Positions 51,250 to 64,000 of a DNA stretch of 64,000 bases are shown here, piece by piece. The notes beneath the pieces were generated by a model. The model was not told the origin of the DNA. It did no database searches and saw nothing but the letters and a program-made list of their open reading frames with translations. How positions within the stretch are numbered: the stretch's first letter is position 1; the number at the start of each line of letters is the position of its first letter. The translations under genes were made by a program, and so were the position numbers. Source of the DNA: Pecten maximus (taxonomy: Eukaryota); contig NC_047031.1 of assembly GCF_902652985.1 (NCBI RefSeq), positions 8,680,001 through 8,744,000 of the forward strand, in the 5' to 3' direction.

Positions 51250-54200
51250 CGAACATTTGTCATTAACAGGTCGAGGATTTGCAGTCCCTTTCCTTTTAAC
51301 TTATTCACACATTTATACTTGGTCATTTCTTTCCATGACGACCAATTGTATCAATTAACAAAAATGCAAGAATTAGATCTCTCACCCGTGTAAACTATTT
51401 ACATGTATTACTTTTTTTCCGTTTCCCTGGTGTTACCTTGGATAAACCCCAAAACGATATATGCTTGTAATCCCGTACCTTCTTTGAATATACTTAGAAC
51501 CGCAGAATCTAGATGATCAACTCTTGACGCTTGTAACACTATGAATCATTTCAACACTATTGGTTCTCTATATGTCCATATCAAGGACAAAATCGCAATT
51601 TCGTTGACCGACTACCATAGACGGATAAAGGTTAGTGCTAAAATTGGTATTGATTACCGAGTTGGAAATCTTGTCATGATAAAGAAAATCATGTTTTACG
51701 CATTACTTTTGCGAGACTCTTTGTCGATATCGTTGTCGTTCAATTGGTATAGCACCAGCTATGTTCAGGTCGATTGAAGGTCGCCCACTTTTCTCTTTTG
51801 ACGTATCTTGGAAAATTTCCTTCATATCGACTGAACAAGGTTGATTCAAACTTCCCATAGATTAAGCGCAAAGAAAAAATGTCATATCAAAACAGCCAAA
51901 AGGATAGCATGTTGTCAATGGCTTCATCCAAACTTGGTTGACACATAATCCCCCGCAATCACATTGGGTTCTTTAAGCTTATGTTTCCGTAATTCTTGCT
52001 GACTCAACCTGTAATTACCACTTTGTGGATTCAATTAACAAAACGTTATCGCTCAGCATGAACTCTCTGACGTCCTGCTTCATGTTTTAAACCGGTGTTA
52101 CGTCAAATCACATACTCGTATTAACATCACAGAATGTCCCCATGTTCAACAAAACGAAAGTTGTCACCTTAAGTGTATAGAACCCTAGGGAAAACATAGT
52201 AATTGTATGATATTGTCACTAGAGGAAGGAGAAAAAATGAGTTTAGGAAGATAAACAATCCGTATTTTACCCGTAATTTTTTTTTTTTTTTTTGGGTAGA
52301 TTTTTTTAATCGCAAGCATACCATATAATACCACACTCCTGTTACGTATTCCTTCTCGGATTCGTGTCTATCATTATTTCGTTTGTTAAGCATTGAAATT
52401 GGTAAGTATGCCAAGTCATACTCTATTACAAATGAAGAGCATTGGAACCTCATAATAGACTAAAGTTATTTCAACATATTTCCAAAATAAAGAACAAGCA
52501 GAATGAAGATAATAGTGTCAAAGATCAATAAACTGGGTTAATCTCTCGGTGATGTTATATTTAGCTTGGTTTCCAAATTTTGGGATTCATGTTTTAGATC
52601 AACCCGAATTCACTGAGCCCATTGTAACTAATCTTACCGGGATATATCAGCCGCATTCGTATACTCCGTTACTTCGTCGAAAGCCAATCATAACAAAAAT
52701 CCGTATTCCAGAGCTCACTAATTAGTCGGTAGCTTTTCATTGAAAATTTTTATCAATATCCATGTCATCCTCATTCGTTTTCGACTAACGCATCGAAGAA
52801 AATTATTACCGAAGTAACCATGAAAATAATATCCATCAATAATATCTAAAGATACTGTTTTGATCAACTAAGCAGAATAGAATTATATCAGTTTTACAGG
52901 ATATCGAAACTATTCATTCAATCCGCGATGAATTTTATTTCTGTTTTAATTTTTTTTTTTTTTTTTTTTTTTTGTGTGGGTGTGTTTTTGTTTTTCAGTC
53001 ATAAAATATAAAACAAAAAAATACCTATGCAACACAACCAATAGAATACGGCTACTTTTCTCGTAGAATATGCTCATTCATTTCATTTCTTGGTTTTAAC
53101 CATTTCGAGTGAATCTATGTTACCTGAGGTATTGAATAAGTACTCTCATTATCAACGTGGGGGATAGGAAAAGAATCAACCGAAATAATAGGAACATAAA
53201 TAGTAGTATTGGTCGAACATATTTATCATAAAAAAATTATCTTACAAACAGAATAAAGAAAAAGACAGAGATGTACAAAGATAGACAATTTTATGAAGGT
53301 GATATTAAAATTCTTCTTGATTTTAAAATATCTTAAAAGCATTTGATACATTTGGCTTATTCATTTGTTGAGTTAACAAAGACAATGAAATGAACGGTAG
53401 ACCATCATTGCTGAATCTAGATCGAATATCCGACTGGTAGACCATCATTGCTGAATCTAGGTCGAATATCCGACTGGTAGACCATCATTGCTGAATTTAG
53501 ATCGAATATCCGACTGGTAGACCATCATTGCTGAATCTAGGTCGAATATCCGACTGGTAGACCATCATTGCTGAATTTAGATCGAATATCCGACTGGTAG
53601 ACCATCATTGCTGAATCTAGATCGAATATCCGACTGGTAGACCATCATTGCTGAATCTAAATCGAATATCCGACAAGTAGACCATCATTGCTGAATCTAG
53701 ATCGAATATCCGACTGGTAGATCAACATTGTTTAATCTAGGTCATATGCCAAACTCATAGAATAATTAACCTTCTCCTTCATGGCATTTTAACTTTGAGA
53801 AAAACTGTAAGGAGAACTTACCTTTGCTTCAATTTATAAACTTGAGCGCCTCTCTCTCTTCAATGGTTTCCAGCTGTCAATATTCTCGCTAACGCTCATA
53901 TGATTGTCGAACGAAGTTTATTGTATTTTATACCAAATGCTTCATTGATTAACATCCCACCCATTTCCAAAGCCAATGACAGATGTTTTAACCAATTATA
54001 ATGCTCTTAACATTATATTTCGCAACCATATCTTGATTATAATCAAACATACAGGAACTATGTAAACAGACAGGTGTTTGTAAAATGTCCTTTGGTTCGT
54101 CAGTTAAAGTGGAATGTAAACGTGCTAAATTATTGTATGAAAGGACTATTAATGTATGTAAGCGCTTCTTTACAATGCATATTTTACAATGGATCCATTA

Positions 54201-54600
54201 ACACGAGACCATCCTTTATTGTTAAACTTATTGATAGCCATGAAAACGTTTTCTATTATAATAATGAAAAAGTCGTCAATAGGGAAACCACCTTACCATG
54301 TCCTACCAAATAAATAAACATCGAAGTCGTCTCGTCTCTCTATCTCATCGCTGCCATCAAAAATTCAGGCATGTTCGCCGAGAAGGATTTGTTGTACTGA
54401 CGACATCAAAAAATGTTGACTGTTGGTTATCACCAAAAGTAACAGTGCTGTTTTTGGTTTGGTTCACTTGGTAGTCGTTCGGCGGCCAGAGAAGTTGGGC
54501 TGGGGGTGTTGTTGGTGGTGACGAGATGGGGGCTTGGGAGGGGGGGGGGGCTTGTACGGTTATACCAAAATAATCAACGCTATTCACGAAATCGGAGGGG
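51250..54600 (-). mobile_element. Possible heavily decayed Ty3/Gypsy gag-pol relic
   Basis: Broken minus-strand peptides in expected order: MPEF/FDGS (~54350, gag-like), ETIEEREALKFIN (~53850), YFGNNFL (~52810, protease end-like), YIPVRLV (~52640), IDLNIAGAIPIERQRYR (~51750, RT start-like). Many stops; no LTRs seen. Confidence 0.4.
53396..53743. repeat. 40-bp minisatellite, ~8.7 copies
   Basis: Head-to-tail unit ggtagaccatcattgctgaatctagatcgaatatccgact. Confidence 0.95.
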
Positions 54601-56280
54601 GAATAGAAGACAACATTACAAAAATGACCTCATTAAGCATAGCAGCGGTTTTACAATCGATACTTGATACAAATGTGACGTAATCTACCTTGACACGATT
54701 CATTTGTTAGCCATTGCGTATATCCAAGTTGAGCAAATAACGCGTTTATAAAGTTCAGTCACACGAATATATATAGTGAGATCGATGTTGCTTACCTTGA
54801 AAACAAAAACCCTCATTCAAAGATTTATTTTGTCTACGCACTATCATGCGTGAATTATGCTGTATTCATGTTAATACAACCACAGCATGTATCACATGAC
54901 TAAATCACATGAATTTTCATGTACATTTGTATATTCAAATTACTCTCATAAACAAAATGGCGTCCAATATGACGCTATTCACTACTGGTGTAGGAGGACC
55001 GTTCTCTTATAGCTCATCAAATATTTGAAGTGACTCCTGGAGCAGCGATTGAAAAATCATGTATTCCCGTATTTGTCTGAAAATGTACGTTCGCGAAATA
55101 AAATATTCACGAACTAATCTAAGTGGTTTACAGTAATATTGTGGGACATTGGTCCCTTTCGTAACATCAATTTTACATTTAAACAAATAGTCGCCATTTT
55201 CTTTCCTCTGATTGGTCGAAATTTAAATATTGTTCGATTTCGATGAAATTTGGTGTTCACGTCTATTATGGGAACCAGTCACTGTCATAAATCCATTTTC
55301 ACATTTTTATAAAGTGGTCACTATACTCAGGTATCTGGTTGGTCGAAATGTAAATATTGTCCGGATTGAATGCCATTTTGTAGGTAGGTGTGGTATGACA
55401 TCACGAGCTTCTGCATTAATTAGGTCAATACGTGTGATTTATATGTGTTGATATAACTTCTTTCGTAATTGTTGTAAAATAAATAAAGTTTACCTTTAAT
55501 GAGGTCAATCAATGTAGATTAGCAGACTTGCGGTGGGCATGGAGTGACTTCCGCTAGTGCTCGTAATCGCGATTCTAGTTCTTTTCTATTTTCCGGCCTT
55601 GGTCCACGGCTAGAAAAATACCCGTGCCATTCTCAAGACACTTAATTAAGAATTTTAGTCTTTTTTCTTCTGGCTCTTCTTTTCGAAAGTTTTAAGATGG
55701 CCGCTGCGATATCTGATTACCAAAAAATCAAACTGAATTGGCCTAATAAGAAGTGAAAATGCAGTATTCTTTTAGTTTTTACGCATTTAGTACGAACCGG
55801 TTTAAATTAAACCATGGGTAATACATAACGATATAGGTGTCCACTGAGCACTGTTAGTGCTGTCAAGTCGTTGAAGCGTGACACGCGTACAGGTAAGTTT
55901 TAATAATCACCGTCATGTGTCGACAGGTGTTCGCTGTTAATACATGTACATGGTATATTTTACTCACAGGGGAGGGGGATGAACAAATTAGAATGACCCT
56001 GTAAAAACGTTTGTTTTCGTTCATTGATATGTTTTTTACACCAACACAGGGTGCCCTATTGAGACAATTTCGATAAAACAAACATATCTTTCTTTGAATA
56101 TAACATTTGTGTCTTTCGCAATTAAACACGTGGGCGTATTGTCATGCATTCGAACAGACTTTAACATATAAAAACCAGTATCATACCTTTATTTGTGATA
56201 CATTTATTCACACTGTGTTATGTATGACACTTTTAAAATATATTTAGTACCTATATATCGTACACCAAGCGCGTGAGAAG

Positions 56281-56456
56281 NNNNNNNNNNNNNNNNNNNN
56301 NNNNNNNNNNNNNNNNNNNNNNNNNNNNNNNNNNNNNNNNNNNNNNNNNNNNNNNNNNNNNNNNNNNNNNNNNNNNNNNNNNNNNNNNNNNNNNNNNNNN
56401 NNNNNNNNNNNNNNNNNNNNNNNNNNNNNNNNNNNNNNNNNNNNNNNNNNNNNNNN
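56281..56456. other. Assembly gap (176 N)
   Basis: N run. Confidence 0.99.
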
Positions 56457-57097
56457 GAGTCTGTGTCAATTGCATGCACTAAAGGCGTTAGCAAAAAAGA
56501 GAAAAGGGTAGGAGTCTGTGGTATGGCCGGGCAAAGGAAGACGGGATGGGCTGATTCTATGTGGGAGGGTGGGGTAGCGATGGTAACGTGATCACAAATT
56601 GACTTGGTGCATGCAAACTTTGTTCGTGTACATCTTATGAACTTATATAAAATGTTTTGCGGTGCCAGCTATGTAATATGAACGATACTTCGAAATGCAA
56701 TCAAGTCTATATAGATCGCTCTGTTCGACTGAGGGAATATGAGGACACAAACACTTTAAATAGACAACCCCCGCGCAATGATACACACTAATTGAGGTGA
56801 TGAGTCCTGCATGATGGCGTGACGTTTTACCTCTCATTAACATTTTATAGCTTTCTCTGGATATACACGAATAAAGCACATCGGGTCACATTACTTTGTT
56901 TGAGGACGAAAGGAGGACTATCGTCTAAATAATTATTTCTGAAATATACGTATATATTTACATTTGCTCCGAATGTCCACATTGAAACAATGCTATGAGG
57001 CAGTTGCCACCATACGCCTATAACACCCACGCGGGATTTTTTTTGTGTTGGTTTAGTTTTTTTCAAAGATGACGAAAATAGCAAGACAATGTAAATA

Positions 57098-57263
57098 TAA
57101 GTATTGAACAGTGGTTTTAATGTTTATATAGCCGATATGGCAGCAAGATGTATGGTGGGAAAATGTAGCATGGAAAATCTAACGGGTGCCCATGCCATTT
57201 GCCCACCATACATCTTGCTGCCATATCGACTATAACAACATTAAAACAAATGTTCATTGCTTA
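57098..57263. mobile_element. Foldback/palindromic MITE, ~70-bp arms
   Basis: taagtattgaaca...atagccgatatggcagcaagatgtatggtggg...cccaccatacatcttgctgccatatcgactat...tgttcattgctta. Confidence 0.75.
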
Positions 57264-58141
57264 AATATGGCTCTGGTTAAACAATACTAAACCCAATTAT
57301 ACGTGTCGTCTAGTTGAGAATCTTGGTGCACACACTTTCCCGACAAAAATGTTATGTGTTAAGAATAATAATTGGTAGTGTTACAGAGACTAAATTGTTA
57401 GATTTTCATTTAATAAAGTTTAAAAACAGGTATAAGAATCTAAAGTATATAAAAGTTATTAAATATGTGTTAATTATACAAGTTTAAAAGTGTCCGTTAC
57501 AATTTTCAAATCAGGAAAAAATTAAATAAAATAGGAACGACCTGGTCACTATTTCATATCATTATCTTTCGGCGAGTGTAAAAAATGGCTTTGCGCATGC
57601 GCGATGCGGGAAATTGAAAACATCATAACAAAGATGGCGACAGTTGCAGCTTCCAGTGTTGTTCATCGATATCTTGAAGTTGATAAACATTGTCAATATT
57701 TCACTAGAAGTGCCATAATTTTGTAAAAAGTCTAATTTCATGTATCAGTATCACAACGCTTTCCGGAAATCAAATGCATGAAGAAAGGATTGAAATCTAA
57801 CCATTTAGTCCCTTTAACGGTGAAATGTAAATATGTGAAACGGAAACTATTTTATTCTCAATATATAAAGTGTATATCAAAATCTCGTGATATAAGAAAC
57901 ACAGAAATCAATCAAAATCTTATTCATGTTATACAGGTAAATAAGAAAAATTGTCCTCTGGAATAAGTCTATAACACAATATTTCTCGATTTTCTTATTC
58001 TTTTACGATGCGATACAGGAAAAAGGCAAAAAATGTTTCCGCAAGAATAAAAACAACAAAACAATACATTACAATTTCTGAATTGTTTTAACATGATATC
58101 AGGAAATGTTGATTGTACTCCATTGATTACCCAACCGTTAG

Positions 58142-58232
58142 GTGCCCTGCGACTTGGGGACGACGTGGTGATTTATTCTTCAAATTTAACACCGAGAAGA
58201 AAACATGGGCTGAAGCCAAGGCATTGTGTACA
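58142..58232 (+). pseudogene. Isolated C-type lectin N-terminal exon or fragment
   Basis: After ...ccgttag: CPATWGRRGDLFFKFNTEKKTWAEAKALCT fits CPxxW...F....TWxEAxxxC. No strong donor or partner exon found. Confidence 0.55.
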
Positions 58233-58309
58233 AATATCTATTGTGATTTTAAGTGTTTGAATAATATATATATTTATATGCATGTGTATGTAACATAGAA
58301 CACAATTGA

Positions 58310-58467
58310 CTAAGGAAGGCAACTTTATGTCTCGTGCCCTGACCGGGCCTCGAACTCACGATATACGGCACCCAATCGCCTAGCCAGAAATACCCGCAGC
58401 TTATACCACGGCACTCAATCGCCTAGCCAGAAATACCCGCAGCTTATACCACTGCGCCACATCGGCG
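58310..58467 (-). mobile_element. Head of a third tRNA-derived SINE family with an internal ~43-bp duplication
   Basis: Minus strand A box TGGCGCAGTGG and B box GAGTTCGAGGCC; caatcgcctagccagaaatacccgcagcttataccac occurs twice. Confidence 0.7.
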
Positions 58468-58821
58468 TTATCCTCCAATGAGCCCCCTCCCTTAGTACCG
58501 TATTTATCCTCCAAAATACATATATAATAAGTGAAGAAAAGTCATTGCGAAGGATGAATATAAGAAAAATAAAACAAAAACCAAGATCAATTATAAAACC
58601 TTTCTGCCCTCTTCGGCCTCTTTCAAATTTGTGATTCTAGCTTCCCAGGATTTCTGCGCCAGTACTGCAGCTGAACTGATGACATTTGATTCAATGGATC
58701 AGTATTTTAAAATTACATATGGCCTGGATCAGTTTCCGGATGTCATTTTTCATTATGTACAATTTAGCAGTACGAGATGAATTTATTTTTAAATATTTAA
58801 TAAATAAGTAACTGGTGTAGT

Positions 58822-60976
58822 ATGGTATTTTAAATCATGGTGAAATGACCCCGGGGTCAAAATAACATTCTGGTGAAATGACCTCTGGGTCAAAATAACA
58901 TTCTGGTGAAATGACCCCGGGGTCAAAATAACATCATAGTGAAATGACCCCGAGGTCATTTCACCAGAATGTTATTTTGGGTGTATCTCTGAACGGGTGT
59001 ATCTCTGAACGCCAACATTTTGAATTTACCTGTAGGGCAGTTTGTTTTGATAGCGATTATAGTCTTTTCCCTAAAAGTAGTCTCAATGCCAACAGGTCAT
59101 TTACCTGTAAAAATTACCAGTTGATACTACCTGTAGGTGAAATTAATGATTTATAATTAAATATCATGTATTTATATGTATATCAAAAATATTTATTTTA
59201 TTTGATATCTAGTTTCAAATTTAAAACGACAATACAATATTTTTTTGCTTGAAAATTATCTTTATGTTCAAAATTATGATTTTATTTTATCTTATTAAAG
59301 TCTTAAAAAATCATTTATGCTCATTTTTAAAATATATATACATTTGCATTTAGATAAATCAAATGGTTTAACTCTCTCGTTGCAACATTAATTTCCATAT
59401 AGGCATATGGATAATTTGAATTAATTGAGACTAATTTCACTACTTTAGAAAGTTTGATGATAATATATACAGCTACATAAAAGTCTGCACAAACAGCAAT
59501 ATACCTGAAAATATAACTTTCCAAAACTTGAATGTTCCATTGTACAACCAGGTACACATTTAATAACTACTAATTACTACTTTGGTCGCATGTTATTGAC
59601 TACCTCTCAATACAGGACTTGAACATTTGACATATTGCAAAGAGTGATATTCATCTTCTATGTCACCAGAGCTGCAAACTCTACACAGGCGTTCACTTAT
59701 ATCGACGAATTTCAATATTCAGAGTATGCGCTGATAAACGTTTTCTACTCAAAGCAATTATTGTACGTTTTGGTATATATTTATATAGATAACGTTGTAG
59801 TGATATATAATCTACTAAATAATGTAAACATATCTTGTCGTGCATTGTCAATAATACATTTTAATACTAAAAAAGTATCTCAATGCAGTTCTTAGTACTA
59901 AATAGCTTTAATCAATACTTAATTACATTATAATACTGGGTATACACAATTGGGAAGAAAACCCGATTAAGTTAATTTCTATTTTCTTTCCGTCAAAAAA
60001 TGCATTTCGTAAAAGGCCTCCATTTCCACCAGAGTCCAATACCATTGTTAAAAATAGTAAGCAAGGCTTGATTTACGAAATCTTCGTTGTAATATTGAGA
60101 CTGTCAATGCCGTATGCCTTCAGAAGCTTTATAGCACTTTTAAATTCATCCGTAGATAGATATCACAGTCAAGCTCCAAAAACAGAGATCTAGAGTCCAT
60201 ATCAACATGTAAATCAGTATTCTGCTAGACATTATCAGAATGGGGTTTGTTCTTGCATTATAACGTGGATTGGTTTTCCATAGGTGCTTCCTATATTGCC
60301 TTTGTTGAGAGGTACATGTACATGTATGTGTGTCCAGTCATTTTCAACTTTCTATATGCATATTTTGTAATGTAATGTAATATCATGTAAGTTTTTATTT
60401 CAGATATTCTTACTTTCTCTATGTAAGGCTTTTTATTATATATATTTAATCATTTCCATTTGAATATTAACATGCATTGTTCATTTAACATATTAATATG
60501 TATTTTATGTGTACAATATTAATAAATAAGTATAGATTTCTTAGTGCTGAGATTGGTGAAATAAACTTTTCAAGTAATTAGTTAGCAAAAACTATTCAGT
60601 GCTATGATGGAACTGTAAGTGGCAAATATAAGTACATTTATGAACAAATGTTGTTATTACATAGATTTGTTGCTATTTTTTAAAACTATATATGTTCTAT
60701 ATTACTTAATTGCTCATTTTGTTGAATGCATACATGTGTGTTCTAAGAAAATGGGGGAAAAAACAAATACAATTCTACTGTATGATTTGTAAAACACAGG
60801 TAAATCTCAAGTGACTGTACAGGTAAAAAAAAAGACAGCTTATATGAAGCAGTATATAATTACCCTCCCATTGTTTCCTGAAACAACACCTACCTATTGT
60901 TAAATAAAATGTTGGCGTTCAGAGAACACCCCGTTATTTTGACCCCGGGGTCATTTCACCATGATTTAAAAAACCA
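58822..60976. mobile_element. Palindromic MITE built from 32-bp units, split by a nested insertion
   Basis: Left tggtattttaaatcatggtgaaatgaccccggggtcaaaataac is the reverse complement of right gttattttgaccccggggtcatttcaccatgatttaaaaaacca (60933-60976). Confidence 0.8.
58979..60931. mobile_element. ~1.95-kb non-autonomous TIR element, 8-9-bp TSD (Mutator-like by TSD)
   Basis: TIRs gggtgtatctctgaacgccaacatttt / aaaatgttggcgttcagagaacaccc; flanks tGTTATTTT (58970-58978) and cGTTATTTT (60932-60940). Confidence 0.72.
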
Positions 60977-61469
60977 TTGCCGTTGCCAGCAACCCCCCCA
61001 CACACACAGACATGCAAAATGTGAATATTTCAGACGATAATGAGGTACAGTCAGTATGTGTCTCTGGTCGATAAAACCATATATCGACCGAAATTAAAAT
61101 AATGTTCATACTAACTATGTCGATATTTTATAGTTAAAATGGTTTCAAGAAGACTAATTCGTAACAATGACTAATCCTAATGTATATCTAATCATAATGT
61201 ATATCTAATATTCAATAAAACTAATGTATTGGCTATAAAGTATTGCCGATCTCCGTTACACCGCCTTAATTAAACTTATCTGTGTATTGTGGTTGTAGTC
61301 ACATTCGACGCAATTAAAAGATGTTGCTCGTTAGATAGACTCTTGCCCGGGCAACTTCAACAGTTTTTATCAATTTCTTCTCAAAACTCCACTGCTATAG
61401 TTAACAATAACTGAATTTGTGTATCGACACTGAAATCTTTGAATGCTAAACGCTATACCCATTTACCTG

Positions 61470-61939
61470 TACATGTAGGCCGAGATTTCATAGAAGTTGT
61501 ACCACTTTGTCTTTACATGTAGGCCGAGATTTCATAGAAGTTGTACCACTTTGTCTTTACATGTAAGCCGAGATTTCATAGAAGTTGTACCACTTTGTCT
61601 TTACATGTAGGCCGATATTTCATAGAAGTTGTACCACTTTGTCTTTACATGTAGGCCGAGATTTCATAGAAGTTGTACCACTTTGTCTTTACATGTAAGC
61701 CGATATTTCATAGAAGTTGTACCACTTTGTCTTTACATGTAGGCCGATATTTCATAGAAGTTGTACCACTTTGTCTTTACATGTAAGCCGATATTTCATA
61801 GAAGTTGTACCACTTTGTCTTTACATGTAGGCCGATATTTCATAGAAGTTGTACCACTTTGTCTTTACATGTAGGCCGATATTTCATAGAAGTTGTACCA
61901 CTTTGTCTTTACATGTAGGCCGAGATTTCATAGAAGTTA
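61470..61939. repeat. 44-bp minisatellite, ~10.7 copies
   Basis: Near-identical copies of tacatgtaggccgagatttcatagaagttgtaccactttgtctt. Confidence 0.95.
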
Positions 61940-63687
61940 TAACCCTTTACGCATACATGATTTTTGTAAACATTACATCATGCATGGTACAATTCATCAA
62001 CGATGCTGAAGGTGTAAACATGGACTGACTCAAACTCGCTCTATAACCGGGACGAACCAATACAATAATTAAACTCATTTTCAAACCGGGATGAGGGGGA
62101 TACAAAAATCAAACTCTGTTTTTAACCTGTAAAAGATAATACTAAAATCAAACTCAGTCTTAAACCGGGAAAAGATAATATTGAAATCAAACTCGGTCTT
62201 AAACCGGGTCCGGAGGGGGGGGGGGGGGGGGGGGGGGTACAAAATTCAAACTCTTTACGAATGTTTAAATGGAGAATTTGTAATGAGTCTATTGTTTAAA
62301 AAAATGTGAGCATTTAATTTACTTCAAAATATGTCATTTTCATTAACTTGATTCTCATTATCAGATGTGTCGGTTGTGATTGAACATTTGCGAACTCCAC
62401 TATCACTGTAAACGCATGTCAACAATGTCTTAACACAAGGACATTGGAACAAATTTATAAATAGTGTCGTAATATTGGCTATCTTTGTCTATAAAAAGGT
62501 TTATGGTGTTTGATAGAACTGACAGGACTGGAGTTGATAACACCAGATAATGAAACACTTAAGAATGAAAATACTGGGTGACAACCACGTGGTATTTTAA
62601 GGGAAAGAGCGAGGATTTCAACAATGAAAGATAACCGCCTATTGTTTTATCGAAAACAGCTGCGATGTGAATCTTTGTTAAATAACGAAACATTTAATGT
62701 GTTACATCAGTAAATTTCGAGAGAGCGCTGTGATATAGATTATTAGCTCTTACCATTTAGGGCGATTTAAATTCCGTGTATATGTATATCAATAAAAACA
62801 AAACGCCATTGATAATTTCGAAATATAAACATTGATATTTCAATATATTAATATGTCACATGTTGCAACTCCAGCTGTTATATCAACGCTTAATCTAAAA
62901 AAAAGAAATTTCTCACACTAAGCATAGCACTCACAAAGCAGTATTAAGTCTCTGAATGGAAACTTGTTTTTTTTTATGTATTTATTTATTTATTTTTAAT
63001 TTATTTATTAAGAGGAATGTGGATTAAGTAAATGTGATATTCGAATCTAAAAAAATACAGATCAGATCATGGTAAAGCGAAAATTGATTTTCATAAGAGA
63101 CACATCAAAATATTGAAATATGAGTGAAACTGTAAATAAAATTGATTGATACAATCTTTAAGTTCAACCCACTTGCTTTAAAGGCATTGCAATTAAAGTA
63201 TGTTAAAATATACTATTGGTTTGGAATGCTAATACTTGTGACTGTTGTAGGTATTTTTTTTATTATTTCATTGATATGGTGAAAGACATACATTGATCTT
63301 TCACTATAAATATCTTCATTATTCATATCTCAAATATTACATATTTGTGTATGTTGTGAATGTGACAACAAAACTTAAATAAAAAAAAGAAGTTTGATAT
63401 AAAATGTCTACAATATGTAGGACATAGAAGAGAAAACTGAAATGGGTCATGCCATTGGTTGTATTTATTTTACATATATACAAGTACACAATATGTGTTA
63501 CGATAATATCTGTCAAACACTCAATTTTGTCATATACACAAATGAAATGTCAACTTTCAAATACATGTACGTCCTGAAAACAAAACATGGCAATTCCAAA
63601 TGTGTAAAAAGTAAATATTTGGACAAACCATTCGTGACATGCTTGTTTGTAAACAATAATTCGCCATTTTTTGTATATCATTGACGA

Positions 63688-63866
63688 TTTGGTTTGGTGT
63701 ATTTTGTTTAACGTCCTATTAACAGCCAAAGTCATTTAAGGTTTAGGGTTTTGGAGGTGGAGGAAAGCCGGAGTATTCGGGGAAAAAAACATCGGCCTAC
63801 GGTCAGTACCTGGCAACTGTCCCACGTGGGTTTCGAACTCGCGACCCAGAGGTGGAGGGCTGGAGG
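63688..63866 (-). mobile_element. 5'-truncated V-SINE-like element with 10-bp TSD
   Basis: Same family as 37983; TCATTGACGA at 63678-63687 and 63867-63876. Confidence 0.88.
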
Positions 63867-64000
63867 TCATTGACGAATACATAATGTTGTCTAAGTCATT
63901 ATATCATGCAATCTTGATAAGATATAGATGTTCAAACAACATCCCATAAGGGGTCACGTTCTGATGACCTTTGTGATATGTGTATTTAATTAACTTTCAG

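Noticed and set aside
50417-56494. ORFs containing long X runs
   Set aside because: Artefacts of N gaps.
53396-61939. 40-bp and 44-bp arrays (and the 17- and 50-bp arrays) as CRISPR
   Set aside because: Head-to-tail units with no unique spacers, no cas genes, eukaryotic context.

Overview
AT-rich metazoan genomic DNA, not prokaryotic: GT-AG introns, tRNA-derived SINEs and MITEs. The SINE types and protein styles suggest a bivalve mollusc (inference). Two divergently transcribed, intron-containing genes were rebuilt by hand from splice sites and exon phase. Gene A (minus strand, ATG at 27716, running off the left edge) encodes a signal peptide plus three repeats of a Cys-rich EGF/EB-like unit separated by long (PTTTTTT)n mucin tracts. 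A three-exon cassette encoding a short stalk, TM helix, Tyr-motif tail and stop (12026-9659) lies inside its 12.2-kb intron, in phase with the preceding exon. This predicts a short membrane receptor (~584 aa) and a long multi-unit mucin from one locus. Gene B (plus strand, 45394-49860, 4 coding exons, 469 aa) encodes signal peptide, atypical C-type lectin domain, Ser/Thr repeat stalk, helical juxtamembrane segment and TM. The rest is repeats: V-SINE-like and CORE-SINE-like copies (one nested), a CR1-type LINE 3' relic, a probable decayed Gypsy element, MITEs including a TIR element nested in another, minisatellites, an orphan C-type-lectin exon and two assembly gaps. No CRISPR array, rRNA or true tRNA gene was found.
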